From NCBI GenBank assembly GCA_964106915.2, contig OZ066914.1: a DNA stretch of 64,000 bases, one strand, 5' to 3'. The position numbers and the translations under genes are program-made. The DNA is from Podarcis gaigeae. Lineage: Eukaryota. Below, one piece after another: positions 24,905 to 38,258 of this stretch (position 1 is the first letter of the stretch; each line of letters begins with the position of its first letter). The notes under the pieces were generated by a model. It had not been told where the DNA came from. It made no database searches and saw nothing but the letters and a program-made list of their open reading frames with translations.

Positions 24905-27900
24905 GTTTAACTCCTAGGAGAACGTCCCAGATCTCTAGGACCCTACTGATGAAACATGATGAAAAAGTAAAGAAACTAAGTGTGTTAAGTAGATTTGAGT
25001 GTGCCAACGAGATGAGGAGAAAAATCAATCAATCCATCAATCTAGCAGAGATATGGAAGTTATCCAGTGTTTCTTTAAAGTGTCACACCTATTCACCTGG
25101 CAGACATGAGCCCTTGCAACAAGAACCTGGCTCTTAGGAAACCAAATTACTCCCTTAAGTCCAAGGTGGCAGACACAGAAAAGCTGAGGGACACACGAAG
25201 GTGCATGGATAAAGGCTTTCAGAGATGTGGTTGAGGCACCTCAGTCCCATGCTGATTGGGTCTTGAGACAAGAAAACATCATAGGAAGAGGGAAAAAATC
25301 ATTTAGAAGGTATCCCTTTTTGAGGTGGTTCAATTCTGTTTCAGGTGGTTATAAGTGATATGCGGAGATGCGTCTAGGATAGAAATTTTACCTCACAGAA
25401 AGAAAATAAAAATGAGCACAAGTTCTGGCACAAAAAATGTAAGTGGATAGCAAGGCAAGAGAGAAAATAATCTGAAGGCCGTATTGTAAAGACATTGGGC
25501 TGGATTCAACTAGCCAGTCCCACTTGTGGGAAACCTGTGTAAGGACTTCTGCTAGTCCAACAGGGTTCATCTCCCTCAGAACTGTAGGGTGAGGGGGAGA
25601 AGGGAGATTGTTCCATCACGGAAGCAGAAACGATTGATGGAGTGCTCTTCCTAGCGATATGCTGAATTTCTCCCAGTAAGATGAACAACATAAGTTCTTA
25701 AACGATAAATGTAAGAGTTTTACACTGGGGCATAAAACCTGAAACACATGTCCATTAATGCAAGGGTAGACAACATGGTGCCCACCATATGCTGCTGGAC
25801 TACATAATCCCTGATCACTGGCAATGATGGCTGGGTCTGATGGAAGTTTTAATCCAACAAAATTTGGGGGCATCAAATTGGATACCCTTGCACCAATGGG
25901 TTTTGAGCTAGATGTGATTCTCCAGGAAAGAGACTCCTTGGGCTCTCTGTTGTGTTGTTGTGTGGTCAGAGCAGTGAGAAACTCAACCCCCCCCCCCCGG
26001 ATAATGTGGAGCTAATTTCATAATTATTTGGGTTTCCCCTCTGAGGTTTGGGATGGAAGTATAGTGGTTTAAGAGATTGGACAAAGACATTGCTTCCCAC
26101 AGGGGCCCATCACTAGGGCCAATTTTCTGCCCCGTCACCAAACTTATATAGCCTATTGGCCGGAGCTGAAAGCAAGATGAATACACATTGCATGCAATGT
26201 TTCCTGTCTTCAAACTGAATTCAATTCTCTGAAATAAATTACCTCTTGTTTAAGATATCATCATAATGCTTTTAATGAAGCTTTAGGGAGACCTTCAGCC
26301 TGAAGAGTCAAACTCTTTACTAAGGCAAAATAAACGTTCTTTTTAACTAACAGTGGGACTGCTTAGCTCTAAAAATTGAATTTCCAGTTTAAACTTAAAA
26401 ATCTGTCAAATATAAACAGAACTTAATAAAATATTGTATGTAAGCAAGACATGAACAAAACTCACTAAAAGGTGCAGAACACAACAATTTCTGTATTTCT
26501 GTATGTATTTCTGCAATTAAAACAGATTTTTAAAAGTTCTCAGAAATTCAGTCAATTCCTCCCTACCCCAAATCAAAATAAGTATTGCTTATTTTTCAAG
26601 AAGTTAGTTTATTGCCTATACATTTATTAACCATCCCCTTCTGATTTTAGAGGGAAGATTAAAGTCAAACACCAAATTTCCACAAGTTTCCTGAAACTCT
26701 AGAAAAGTCATTCTGTTTTGCAGAAAGGCCATTCATAAACCGGCATCAGACGGGGGGGGGGGGGGGGAATGAAAAGCACTGATGTCCATAAGCCTAGCTT
26801 TGAGTCTGCTTCCTATTTAATAGACATTGTACTCTATAGAATGCAATCTGTGCTTTAACGGTATCATGTTTGCAGTTAAAAACCTCAGACTTTAGACCTA
26901 CGTATAAAAGATAGTCATATTATCCTTTTCTGAGACACTGACCTGTATCCTCATTTAAAAATGAACAACCCATCTTTATGTAATTAAATCTTTGTTTTGA
27001 TCTATTAGTATTCAGCAAAGTGCCATTTTATAAAACCTCGCCCTGAATAGGCAATGCTGGAGGTAACCATCTGCAGCTTTAGAGTCCGAGTTTGAATTGA
27101 TGAAAAGAGCTTTGTGTTTTCATTGCCAAGGTTGATTCTTCCAGTCATTAGGCATTCCCCTCAGATCGAATCAATGAAGCTGACGCTCTTACACCCATGT
27201 GTTAAATTCTCTTCCCCTCATGGCTTCCTTTGCCAGCTATACTCCAGAAAGGCTACTGGATCTTAGCCACATTCTTCTCACAGCTGTGTTAAAAAAGAAC
27301 ATCAGAGTGCCTTGCCACAAACCCATATGGGTAACTGGTCAGTCCCCTGTCTGAGGGTCACCTCACATTGTGGTGCGATTATTCAAAGATTCGTTCTTGT
27401 TCTTGAACTGCGCTGCTCAGATCATTCTTGGAAAGATTATACCCTCCAGTGGGCGCTGGAGAATGTCTTGGACCTTGGTGTGAAATGCACACAATTCCCG
27501 TGCTCAGAGAAGGCAGATTAGTATTTACTTTCTGAGGAATAAGATGCTAACACCTATTGAACAGGCTGCCCCAATGTGATTCCCCCCCGCCATGCACATT
27601 TCATGTGTGAAATGGCACTGCAACATAGAAAACAGATCCCGTTATGCAAAATGCAATGAAAGAAACAGAACTTATTCTGACACATGACTCTTACAAGAGT
27701 TTAATTGTTTTTTAATGCAAAACGCACAAGATATTACAGGAAAATTATGTATGCAATTATATGATAAAATGAAATTATGCTAATCTTGTATGTGTGCTGC
27801 ACACATGTGCATATTATATCTTACAAAAAATATGATTAATAGTAAAGTATTACCATGTCCTAAAACATGAAATATAATCAGTTTTGATAAAGTGTAGTGC

Positions 27901-28723
27901 ATGATTCAAATAAATGTATGATGATTGCAAGCATGGTCTATAATTTCTCTTGTTTTGCTATTCTTTTTCATATGAAGCATCCATTTTATTGATTTTGTAA
28001 TATAAACCCCATCTTTCCTACATAGACTGTGCACAGGCAAAACTATGCATGTTTTCCCAAATGTGCCACTGTGTTCAGAGTAGTTTACTCTCAGGTAAAT
28101 ATGCATGGGACTTATACACCTTTACCTGGGAGTATGTCCGATTCAACCATGAGACTTTTGGAGAAACATGCCTAGGATTATGCTAAAAAAATTATCTACA
28201 TAGTTATTCATTCTTAGATCACAAAGCAATGCACATTTATTTGGAATGAATCTGCCATAAGATCAGTGGAGCTTGTTTGCAAGTGAACGGGATTTGAAGT
28301 CTTGTTAATCAGAAAATAATGTTGGAGGGGGAATATTGTGCTATTCTTTACAGTTACATCAGGACAAGAACACCCCTATTTTCATCAATGAAATGTTGCA
28401 CAGCATTTGAGCTTAACTCAATAAAATCTCCATGGGATTCTTTGATCTTTGGTCTAGCTTCTGGAGTAGCTGCACTACAAATTTATATTGCTTTAATTAA
28501 ACTAGAAGTAGGATCCACAACAAATGTAGCAAAATGCTGTCCAGCTATTTGGTGCTATCTTCATCCTGTTCCCAAAATGTAGCGTATTTGGTCACTCACT
28601 GCACAGTTTGGGGGTTATATCCACCTTAAGGCCTTTTCTAAAGTTTTCTTTTTGTAGTTCAGCAAAAGTTATAAGAATTAAACCTAGAGGTTCCCCTTCC
28701 ATGCTGAGGATACTTCCACCAGG

Positions 28724-29090
28724 TAATAATAATAATAATAATATATTATTTATACCCCGCCCATCTGGCTGGGTTTCCCTAGCCACTCTGGGCGGCTTCC
28801 AACAAAACACAAAAATACAATAACCTATTAAACATTAAAAGCTTCCCTAAACAGGGCTGCCTTGAGATGTCTTCTAAAAGTTTGGTAGTTATTTTTCTCA
28901 TTGACATCTGGTGGGAAGGCATTCCACAGGGCGGGTGCCACTACCGAGAAGGCCCTCTGTCTGGTTCCCTGTAACTTGGCTTCTTGTAGTGAGGTAACCG
29001 CCAGAAGGCTCTCGGCGCTGGACCTCAGTGTCTGGGCAGAACGATGGAGGTGGAGATGCTCCTTCAGGTATACTGGACCGAGGCTGTTTA
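28724..29090 (-). mobile_element. L2-type LINE 3' fragment (same family)
   Basis: Reverse complement of 32260-32610. Confidence 0.88.
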
Positions 29091-32000
29091 CTATTTTCTA
29101 CATACACACGGCAGTATTCTAAGCTTCAGCTTTGGAAACAGAGGTAATGATGCGCTCCTGCTTCCAATCCCTTCCTCATGGTTGCAGCTGCATTCAAAAG
29201 ATTTGTGTCCCATAAAGATTCCAACCCCATATCAACACACTCTTCCATGCCAAAGCATGCCTCGAAAACTTGTGGGATTTCAATTTATTGCCCAATTTAC
29301 TATATCCTCACAAATTAAAATTAGTATAATGCAACTGCAATTTGAAAACAAACACTATAAAAGCAGGAGTAAAACTAGCCAAAAACCAGCATGAAACCAT
29401 GCAGCAGCATAAAATCAATACAATGGCAGCAAGACCAACGATAAATAAACAAAATAGTTATAAGAATTAAACACGTGGCATTAAAAGCATGGGAGAACAG
29501 AAGGGACTTTCCCCCGGTGCTGGAAAATCCGAAGGTGCCACGAGAGCCTCTCTTATCTATAAAGTATTATCTATAGCAGGTGCAAACTTTAACTGACTAA
29601 AACGAATTCAAAAGCTCCATTCATATTAATGGATTAGAATAGCTCCCAAACACTATCAGAGAGGCTATTCCAGAGAGGCTGCTCCTTCTGGTTCACAGGT
29701 GTACCATGCATTTATATGCTGGATCTCCATATATAAGCAGTGCTATAGTGAATTGGGAGCATCACAAAAGCTATGAGATTGAGAAGCCCAAGGTTCTCAT
29801 TGAAGTGGTCTACCTATTTTAGTAGGTACAGACCTGCTTCTGATGCTGGCCATGGTGATCTAGCAACCTCAAGGTTGGTCTCCCGTAATACTTCACTGAC
29901 GTTGTTACAGAATGCAGATGCTAGGATAATAGCTGGGGTTGGATGTTGCAACCTATCTTATTGTGCTTCAAGAGGCACACTGGCGACCAGCCTTATAATT
30001 AGGTGTCTACTTCAAGAAACTGATTTTGGATGTCATGAAAGGGCAGGGAAATGTTAGCTATTTACTTCATTATGGTTACATTTCAGTGCCAGGAAAGGAA
30101 TGGGTGCTTCCGCAGCCAACATAATTTGACTGACCTATGCACCTTGGTCCTCAGAGAGGCTTGTCTGCTAATTCAGAGACAAAATTTGTACAAACCACTT
30201 CAATAATTGTCTACTGAAGGGTGGTAGAAAAACCTGATGGATGAATAAATCCAGGTTGGCTATGTATTTTCTCTAACAGATAGGTGAGCAACTTAACAAG
30301 TATTCAAACTATAAAATGCCTAAATATAATGAGGACTGAATCACATTATCACTCATGCTGGCTGCTTCCTCCTACAGCCCTTGGTCGATTCCCTGCTTGA
30401 GATGAGAATGTTTTGTAACATGAGCATTATCTGTAGCTCTGCATGCTGCTGCAAGCCATCTCTCTTTTGTGTTGGGTGTTGAAAATACTTGCAAATGTTT
30501 AGATCACATGGTTTTCTTTCCATTAACATGGAGAGCGGCCATGACAAGAGTAGCAGCTAGGAGAAGCCCAGATGTTGTGTGACTCAGCCCTGACATCCCT
30601 TGGGGTTCTGAAAAATGATTAAGTTCATTTATGATGTTAGCTGCCTTTGGATTGAAGAGGAAAGATGGGGTATAAATATTTTAGAAAGATCCATAGCAAT
30701 ATTTGCTAACCTTCTGCTATCACAGTATATTACGAAACATTCCAATATATAAATAATAATTTCACTATTTCTTCCAAAGATTATCAAGGCACTATCATAG
30801 GTTGGCACCTAATAAAAAGGACTTCATCCCACCTGCATGTTATACTCTTAAGAGAACTTCAAGCCATAACTATTAATAGACAGATGTGATGGAAAATTAA
30901 GGATATTAGAAATCAGGTGGGTTGCATTGATTTTCATTATTACTTATGCAAAGCATACACTTTGCATTTTTTAAAAAATTGAGTGGGAATACCTGGTTTC
31001 CCATTACAAATGATAACTACTTGGGAAATGGGGATGGAGTTTGGCAAAATTAGCGTGGTAGGAAGTCTATCAGTACAGGGATCAGTCAGTTCCTTTTAAA
31101 AATGCAGAATATTTCATATCTTTCTCTCTCTCTCTCATTAATAAAGGCTAAGAAAAGTAGTTCTGGCCTAATTGAAAAATACTCATTTGTATGAAGCCGT
31201 TGAGGTTACAAAGAAACTGCAAATTCTTAGCCTGGTTTTCCTGCTGATGAGTAAGAACTGTCTGTGTGGCTCTCCCAGAGGTGTCAGTGGAATCTCTATA
31301 GTGCCACACAAGGGTTCTTAGCTCAAAGTAAACACACTTTCCACAAACTCAGCTGCTTAATCTGTTTGCAGGTTGAATTATAAGATGGGGTGGATGACTG
31401 GGGGTGCTGGGAAGATGCAGTAAGCATTTCCACAGTTTCTTGATAAAAAGGGCATGCTGTTGTTGTCAAAAGACTTTGCCCAGCTGTTTAATTTTGCTAC
31501 AGGCTCAGAAGGCTGATTTTAGCATTAACTAACCTGGCAGACAATTTTTCCCTGAGTAGTTAAGCATGTCAAATTGAATTAATTCTTCTCATAAAAGCTC
31601 ACGTTAGAGTTAGCATGGTTCAGGTTATATCTGCAGGTCCATTACAGCACTCCTGGTTTGGGGAGGATTAGAGCAAAGCTAGAAAATTTTCTCTGAGATA
31701 ATCCTGGCCTATACTCTATTGTAACAGCAAATTATTTTAACACTAAAGAACAGAAATGGGATACTGCCCAGATTCACAGCTAACTGGATGGAACTTTTCA
31801 AAATATTTTGCCCTCTTACATGCTGCAGTTTCTCTACTTTGCTTTCCAGAAAATGATCCCCCAAATTAAGTGAAAATCTAAGACAGGCAAATCATGGCTT
31901 TAACTAAATTACTCTGGTACAAAGAGAAATGTAGGAGGTCTAGCTATCCTTTATGGCAGCCAACCTGGTCTAGTCTATGGAGAGACTGAAGTCCTTTTCA

Positions 32001-32220
32001 GGTGTTTGGGGTGAATCTGTGTTATTCTAAAAGGGAGGGGGAAGGAAGGTGCATGGAAGCTCTGTCTCCGATGTCCCCGAGTACGGTGTCCACTGCTTCA
32101 CTTCAGAGTTCCTACTGATAAACTTTGAGAAGGAAATAGGAACATGCTTAGAATTCTCCTCCTGATCAGGATCACAGGGAAGATTCTATGCAGATACAGC
32201 TAAATTCAATACATTTCCCA

Positions 32221-32614
32221 GCACAATTCAAGTGTTGGTGCTGACCTTTAAAGCCCTAAACGGCCTCAGTCCAGTATACCTGAAAGAGCGTCTCCACCCC
32301 CATCGTTCAGCCCAGACACTGAGATCCAGCGCCGAGGGCCTTCTGGCGGTTCCTTCACTACGAGAAGCCAAGTTACAGGGAACCAGGCAGAGGGCCTTCT
32401 CGGTAGTGGCACCCGCCCTGTGGAACTCCCTCCCACCAGATGTCAAAGAGAAGAAGAACTACCAGACTTTTAGAAGACATCTGAAGGCAGACCTGTTTAG
32501 GGAAGCTTTTAATGTTTAACAGACCGCTGTATTTTAACATTTTGTTGGAAGCCGCCCAGAGTGGCTGGGGAAACCCAGCCAGATGGGCGTGGTATAAATA
32601 AATAATTATCATCA

Positions 32615-32660
<46 letters not shown>
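32221..32660 (+). mobile_element. L2-type LINE 3' fragment with (ATT)n tail
   Basis: Encodes LVLTFKALNGL.PVYL...LRSS...RAFSVVAPALWNSLP...FRRHLK, an L2-clade ORF2 C-terminus. Confidence 0.88.
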
Positions 32661-32662
<2 letters not shown>

Positions 32663-33939
32663 ACTTGGAATATATTCCCTCTCAATACAGGGAGGTCTGA
32701 AGGGGAGCTGGCATGTGTGGGGATGATGCCACACCAGTGCTTTAAGATAGGGCCAAAAACAGACTGGGAGCGCTGAAACTGGTAACAATTGGACGGAAAT
32801 GTGCAGTCCGGGTAATATTCTTGCAGCTGTATTTAAAAGTGTACAGAACATTCCAAACCAAGGTTCCCAAAACCAAGGCGCACTTGCTAGGAAGAAAGGA
32901 GAGGGCCTCACATCTATGAAAATGTGCACATGATTGCACTGCGTGAAACCTAGCAGTTGAAGTGAACCGAGGAAACTGTTTCACAACAGCTGCTTAAAAT
33001 AATTGAAAAATAAATAATATCACAATGCAACATGAATTCACAAAAAAAGGTCTTTGTTTTCGCTGTTCCAAAATGAGCCAATATTCAGCTGACTATCACT
33101 GGGAATTAACTGATATCGAAATGACTGTCACGGCATAATTGTATCATTATATAATAGCATTTTTGTCAGCTCAGTCTGTGCAACAGGAGAGATATATGAT
33201 GTTTGACCCCTTGGTTGCTATACTAAGAAGAAAATTGCTGCCTTTACAGGTTTGGCAGCTGACAGTCTGTCTCTAAGGTGGGGCAAGTGGTAAGCAAGAA
33301 TTTACTGGTAATAATTGCAGCTTCTCTTTGGCGTAACAGGAACATGAGATGCTGCTCTAGAGTTCAACTTAGCTGCTCCAGGATATGTGTCAAAACATAC
33401 AATGTGTGAAACAGTCCAGTTCTTACACAGAATTACTGTGTAACTTTTCAGTTAATTATGTATTTCCTTCCTAACAAGCTGCTGTTTGAAACAAAGATCT
33501 GGGGGGTAGATGTTGCTCTTTCACTGGCAGGGAATCAAACAATGGGTTTCCAAGAGGAGTTCTAGACCTTCGGAGCAGAATGGTTTCCTGGTACAGTGAC
33601 GCTCACAAAATATGACTGCAGGGGCCTTGCTGGTTGCCAGGATTCCTTTGGGGGGAAAGCAGGAATTCTTGGTGGCTACACAATGAAGATCACAGCACGG
33701 CAATGCATATACTTAGGGAGAACTCCTTTCGCCTCTAGAAGGTGCTGGGGGAGACTGTCAATAGCATACCCAGGGCACTCAACAGATATGCTCAGTAGAA
33801 AATTGGGAGTGAAAGAGCAAGGTTCACTGGTTATTTTAAAAAAAAATATTTATGCCATCCTTTATTCTATTTAGAAACACAGCCATTTATCACAACTTAA
33901 ATGCAGTAAAACAGACAGAACACATAATTATTACACAGC

Positions 33940-34615
33940 AGCATAAGAAGCTGCTTTATACAGACTAAAGATCAGTTTTGTTTACACTGATTGGCAGTGG
34001 CTATCCAGGATTTCCTAGACAGCATCTTAAAAAGCAGAGACATCACCTTGCCAACAAAGGTCCGTATAGTCAAAGCCATGGTTTTCCCAGTAGTGATGCA
34101 TGGAAGTGAGAGCTGGACCATAAAGAAGGCTGATCGCCGAAGAATTGATGCTCTTGAATTATGGTGCTGGAGGAGACTCTTGAGAGTCCCATGGACTGCA
34201 AGAAGATCAAACCTCTCCATTCTTAAGGAAATCAGCCCTGAGTGCTCACTGGAAGGGCAGATCGTGAAGCTGAGGCTCCAGTACTTTGGCCCCCTCATGA
34301 GAAGAGAAAACTCCCTGGAAAAGACCCTGATGCTGGGAAAGATGGAGGGCACAAGGAGAAGGGGACAACAGAGGACGAGGTGGTTGGACAGTGTTCTCGA
34401 AGTTAGCAGCATGAGTTTGACTAAACTGCGGGAGGCAGTGGAAGACGTGCTCTGGTCCATGGGGTCATGAAGAGTCGGACACAACTAAATGACTAAACAA
34501 CAACAACATCCAGGATTTCAGGACCAAGGCTCTCCCAGCCCTACCTGGAGATGCCAACAATTGAACCCGGGACTCTTTTGCGTGCCAAAGAGATTATCTA
34601 CCACAGAGCTACAGC
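33940..34615 (-). mobile_element. Older tRNA-derived SINE-like element interrupted by the BovB fragment
   Basis: The flanks join to gtttacactgattggcagtggctatccaggatttcagg...ccctacctggagatgcc..ttgaacccgggac...ctaccacagagctac, with reverse-complement tRNA B/A-box remnants. Confidence 0.55.
34015..34507 (+). mobile_element. BovB/RTE LINE 3' fragment with 12-bp TSD
   Basis: LDSILKSRDITLPTKVRIVKAMVFPVV..GSESWT..RRIDALELWCWRRLLRVPWTARRSN is the BovB ORF C-terminus. (CAA)n tail. TSD atccaggatttc at 34003-34014 and 34508-34519. Confidence 0.95.
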
Positions 34616-35033
34616 AAATGAAAACAGGCACAAATTAAAAATGACTGGGTGGATAAAACTATTTTAGCTTGGCAACAAAAGGATCATAATGTGACTGCCA
34701 GGTGGGTCTCTGTAGGGAGGGTCATCCCAGAGTTGGCAAGGGGTGGGCATTGCAGAGAAAGCCCCTTGTCATGACACCTGACAAATGGCACCTGAAAAAT
34801 GGTCACAGCAGGTTAATGCACAAGCAGGTTGATAAGGGAAGATGTCGTTCTTCAGTTATCTGGGTCCCAAGTCATTTAGGGCTCTAAAGGCGTGTACCAG
34901 CACTTGGGCCTGGAAGCCAATAGGTAGTACAGATCCTTTTAAACTGGTGCATTAGGCCTAATTCTTTGGCAAGAAAACTACTGCCAACTATTGAGTTTTG
35001 ACAATGTCAGGCATTTTTCAGACAGATCAAAAT

Positions 35034-35234
35034 TAGGGCTGCCACATGTACAAATTTTGTCCGGATTTCAAAGGTCCAGGGGGGATTTTCGGCAGGCAGC
35101 AGTTTGTCCTGGATCTTAGGCAAGTCAATCAAAACTTTATGGGTTTGGGGTTTTTTTTTGCGTTTTGTGGGAGGGAAAAGCTCAACAACTTTTGGGGTGT
35201 CCTGGTTTTTACTTTTTGAAATATGGCAGCCCTA
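35034..35234. mobile_element. hAT-like MITE (TAGGGCTGCCA ends)
   Basis: TAGGGCTGCCA...TGGCAGCCCTA; caaaat on both flanks. Confidence 0.65.
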
Positions 35235-36475
35235 GCAAAATTGAAAACATTGATGTCCTTTTTTCCTTTCTTTTGCAAACTTCCCCCATGATACTGAACA
35301 GAAAAGAAATATGCTGAACATGTGTTCAAGGACTGTGATTGATTTGATCTGTACTGCAAAGTAGCCAAGAAAAACCTGGCCTTTTTAATTTTGGATATTC
35401 CGGTAAACTGATTTGGGCATAAACTTTTTTCAGCAGGAAAGCACACATCTGAACTTAAAGAAATATTAACAAACAGCCAGATCTACTCAACTTTAGCCTT
35501 CCATGAAGAGAAAAATAAGGTGCATTCACTGATTTTCATTTCATCTGGGCCCATGGAAGCTGGCAACTACATGGCAGAACAACATGAGATATGCTGTGCC
35601 TGGAAGCTGCTGGGAAGCATGAGCCTTTTCCACCATTAATCATCATGCTTCACCTGACCTGCCTCTAGACGTGTGCAGGACATGAGAAATGTGCCATTCT
35701 CTCTAAACTGGTACTGTGTAAGATTGAGAAGGGAACACCGTGCGACCAACAGAAAAAGCAATGCAGAGAGGTATTATTATTAATGCATGGAGGGTGGCGG
35801 AGCCAAGCAATGGGGACATGTCAAAGAGCAAAGTGCATTCCCATTCTCCCTCTCATGTATGAAGAGAAGAATAACTGAATAGGGCAAACATGTTACAGTC
35901 AAATATATGGACTACCTAAATGGGAAACTGAAATGTTCCAGGCATTTCAGCAGCATATACAAAGTTGCTTCAAATGTTACAGGGCTGGATCCAGACTTTG
36001 CTCCTCTAAGTAGGAACATCCCTTGAATGCAGTTCTGCTCAGGGGATGTTCCGTGTGGGGGGGGGGTTGGGGGGAGGGGGCAGATTCCGACTCCCCATGC
36101 AACCCCTGGCACTACCTCTGACACTGTTGTGGAGGGCTGGGCAATCCTCCTACAACACCCTGGGAAATGGTGCTAGGAGCTGCATGGGTTGGGAGGAACT
36201 GGTAAAAGTCACCCCTCCCCATCTTCCCTACTGGTAGGATGCCTTTTGTGAAGAAAAAGATGTCTGCAAACAGAAGGACCCTTTCCATCCATCCAGTCTG
36301 GATCCAACTGACATGTGCATATAGACATGAGTCTATAACGTGTGAAGCAAGCATGAACCTGTGGCCCTCCAGTTGCTGTTGGACTACAATTTCCATCACC
36401 CCTGATCATTGGCCATCTTGACTTGGGTTGAAGGTCACTGGAGTCCAACAACATCTTGATAGTCACAAGGTCTGT

Positions 36476-36805
36476 CTCAAGGCAAATCTTTAAAAATGTA
36501 GTATAAACACCAGCAACTGGGAAACACTGGCCTGTGAGCGCTCAAATTGGGGAACAACCTTTACCAGAGGTGTCATGGGCTTTGAAGACACTCAAACTCA
36601 GGACAGAAGGGAGAAACGTGCAAAGAGGAAGGCACACTTGGCAAATCCACACCGTGATCAACTTCCACCCAGAAACCAATGTCCCCACTGTGGAAGGACG
36701 TGTGGGTCCAGAATTGGCCTCCACAGTCACTTACGTACACATTGTCAAAATTGTGTTTATGGAAGACAATCTTACTCGGCTACAAGTGATCGCTGAAGAA
36801 GAAGA
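36476..36805 (+). mobile_element. RTE-clade LINE 3' fragment with C-terminal C2H2 zinc finger
   Basis: Encodes CPHCGRTCGSRIGLHSHLRTH, typical of RTE ORF ends; (GAA)n tail. Confidence 0.85.
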
Positions 36806-37086
36806 CCTCTGTTATAGAAGATAAATAAATACACAAGAATCCTATCTCTTCTTCAGATGTTATAACTAAGCTAAGCTGACAAATAAAAACCCTACAGTTT
36901 TGTTGCTGGATATAGCAATAAATAGCTGTCCTATTAAGCCTGAATAAATATTCAGATAAGAATTGGCCCACTAACTTTAATAGGGATTTCTGTCTGTTTT
37001 CTAACTTGAATCTCTTTGTGTTACAGGAAGAGGGGCCCATTTAGTTGACAAACGCCGTTTTCCAAAAAGAAAGACAATGTACTTAC

Positions 37087-37317
37087 TTTTGAAGTTTCTC
37101 ACTGGCCTCCTGTGAAGCCTCTAAAGCTTGCTGAAACTTCAATTCTGCATTTGCTCTCTCTTCCGCTGCTTGCTGAAGATGGGCCGTCAGCTCCTCATTT
37201 TGAAGCAGTAGCATCGACACAACATCCTCTCTGTTTTTCAGAGCTTTTTCATAAGTTATGAGAGTGGCGTTGAACTGATCCTTAAGGTTCACTTCTTGAG
37301 ACAAAGACTGGTGTAAA
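37087..37317 (-). CDS. MIPOL1: MIPOL1 penultimate coding exon (231 bp), (S)LHQSLSQEVNLKDQFNATLITYEKALKNREDVVSMLLLQNEELTAHLQQAAEERANAELKFQQALEASQEASEKLQ(K)
   Basis: Lies within ORF 37083..37484. Acceptor tttttgtttttgcag| and donor CAAAA|gtaagt. The coiled-coil peptide aligns with recalled human MIPOL1 SLHKSLSQEENLKDQFNYTLSTYEEALKNRENIVS...EASQVANEKVQK. Phase 2/2. Confidence 0.95.
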
Positions 37318-37549
37318 CTGCAAAAACAAAAAAGGTAGGTCTTTTCAGTATGGTCAGTGCAGGTTTGGCATGTAAAAAGAGGACTTTTAAAAGATGGTAC
37401 AAATATGCCATGGCCAAAATATTTCAATGTAAAATTCAAACTGCAAGCCAAGAAGATCTGAAGCACCGGTGCTAATGGTTCCACAATACTTTAAAAATAA
37501 ACACAAAACTAAATCAACGTTTGCATAATGATGCATGCATATCATACTA

Positions 37550-37791
37550 CAGTGGTACCTCGAGTTACATACGCTTCAGGTTACATACACTTCAGGTTAC
37601 AGACTCCGCTAACCCAGAAATATTACCTCAGGTTAAGAACTTTGCTTCAGGATGAGAACAGAAATTGTGCTCTGGTGGCGCAGCAGCAGCGGGAGGCCCC
37701 ATTAGCTAAAGTGGTGCTTCAGGTTAAGAACAGTTTCAGGTTAAGTACGGACCTCTGGAATGAATCAAGTACTTAACCCGAGGTACCACTG
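37550..37791. mobile_element. Tc1/mariner-superfamily MITE (TIR CAGTGGTACCTCG, TA TSD)
   Basis: TA|CAGTGGTACCTCG ... CGAGGTACCACTG|TA. Confidence 0.9.
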
Positions 37792-37887
37792 TATACAGAC
37801 CACTTGCCTCTCAGCAGTACTATGAAGTAGAGGGAAGTGATATGGCCTATTCTCACGAAACAAATAAAAAACCCAGGATTAAATATA

Positions 37888-38258
37888 AAGGTAAAGGTAA
37901 AGGTACCCCTGCCCGTACGGGCCAGTCTTGACAGACTCTGGGGTTGTGCGCCCATCTCACTTAAGAGGCCAGGGGCCAGCGCTGTCCGGAGACACTTCCG
38001 GGTCACGTGGCCAGCGTGACATCGCTGCTCTGGCCAGAGCCAGAGCCAGAGCCGCACACGGAAACGCCGTTTACCTTCCCGCCGGTGAGCGGTCCCTATT
38101 TATCTACTTGCACCCGGAGGTGCTTTCGAACTGCTAGGTTGGCAGGCGCTGGGACCAAGCAGCGGGAGCGTACCCCGCCACAGGGATTCGAACCGCCGAC
38201 CTTTCGATCGGCAAGTCCTAGGCGCTGAGGCTTTAACCCACAGCGCCACCTGCGTCCC
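37888..38258 (-). mobile_element. Full-length Sauria SINE with 13-bp TSD
   Basis: tRNA-like head GGGACGCAGGTGGCGCTGTGGG...GGTTCGAATCC and (ACCTTT)n tail. TSD aggattaaatata at 37875-37887 and 38259-38271. Confidence 0.93.

Noticed and set aside
33972-34484. Long antisense ORFs over BovB copies (also 63198..63728)
   Set aside because: They mirror the sense BovB frame in every copy; no evidence of an independent gene.
38170-38258. tRNA-like A/B boxes (also at 3090, 39430 and 44490)
   Set aside because: These are SINE heads; there is no complete cloverleaf, so they are not tRNA genes.
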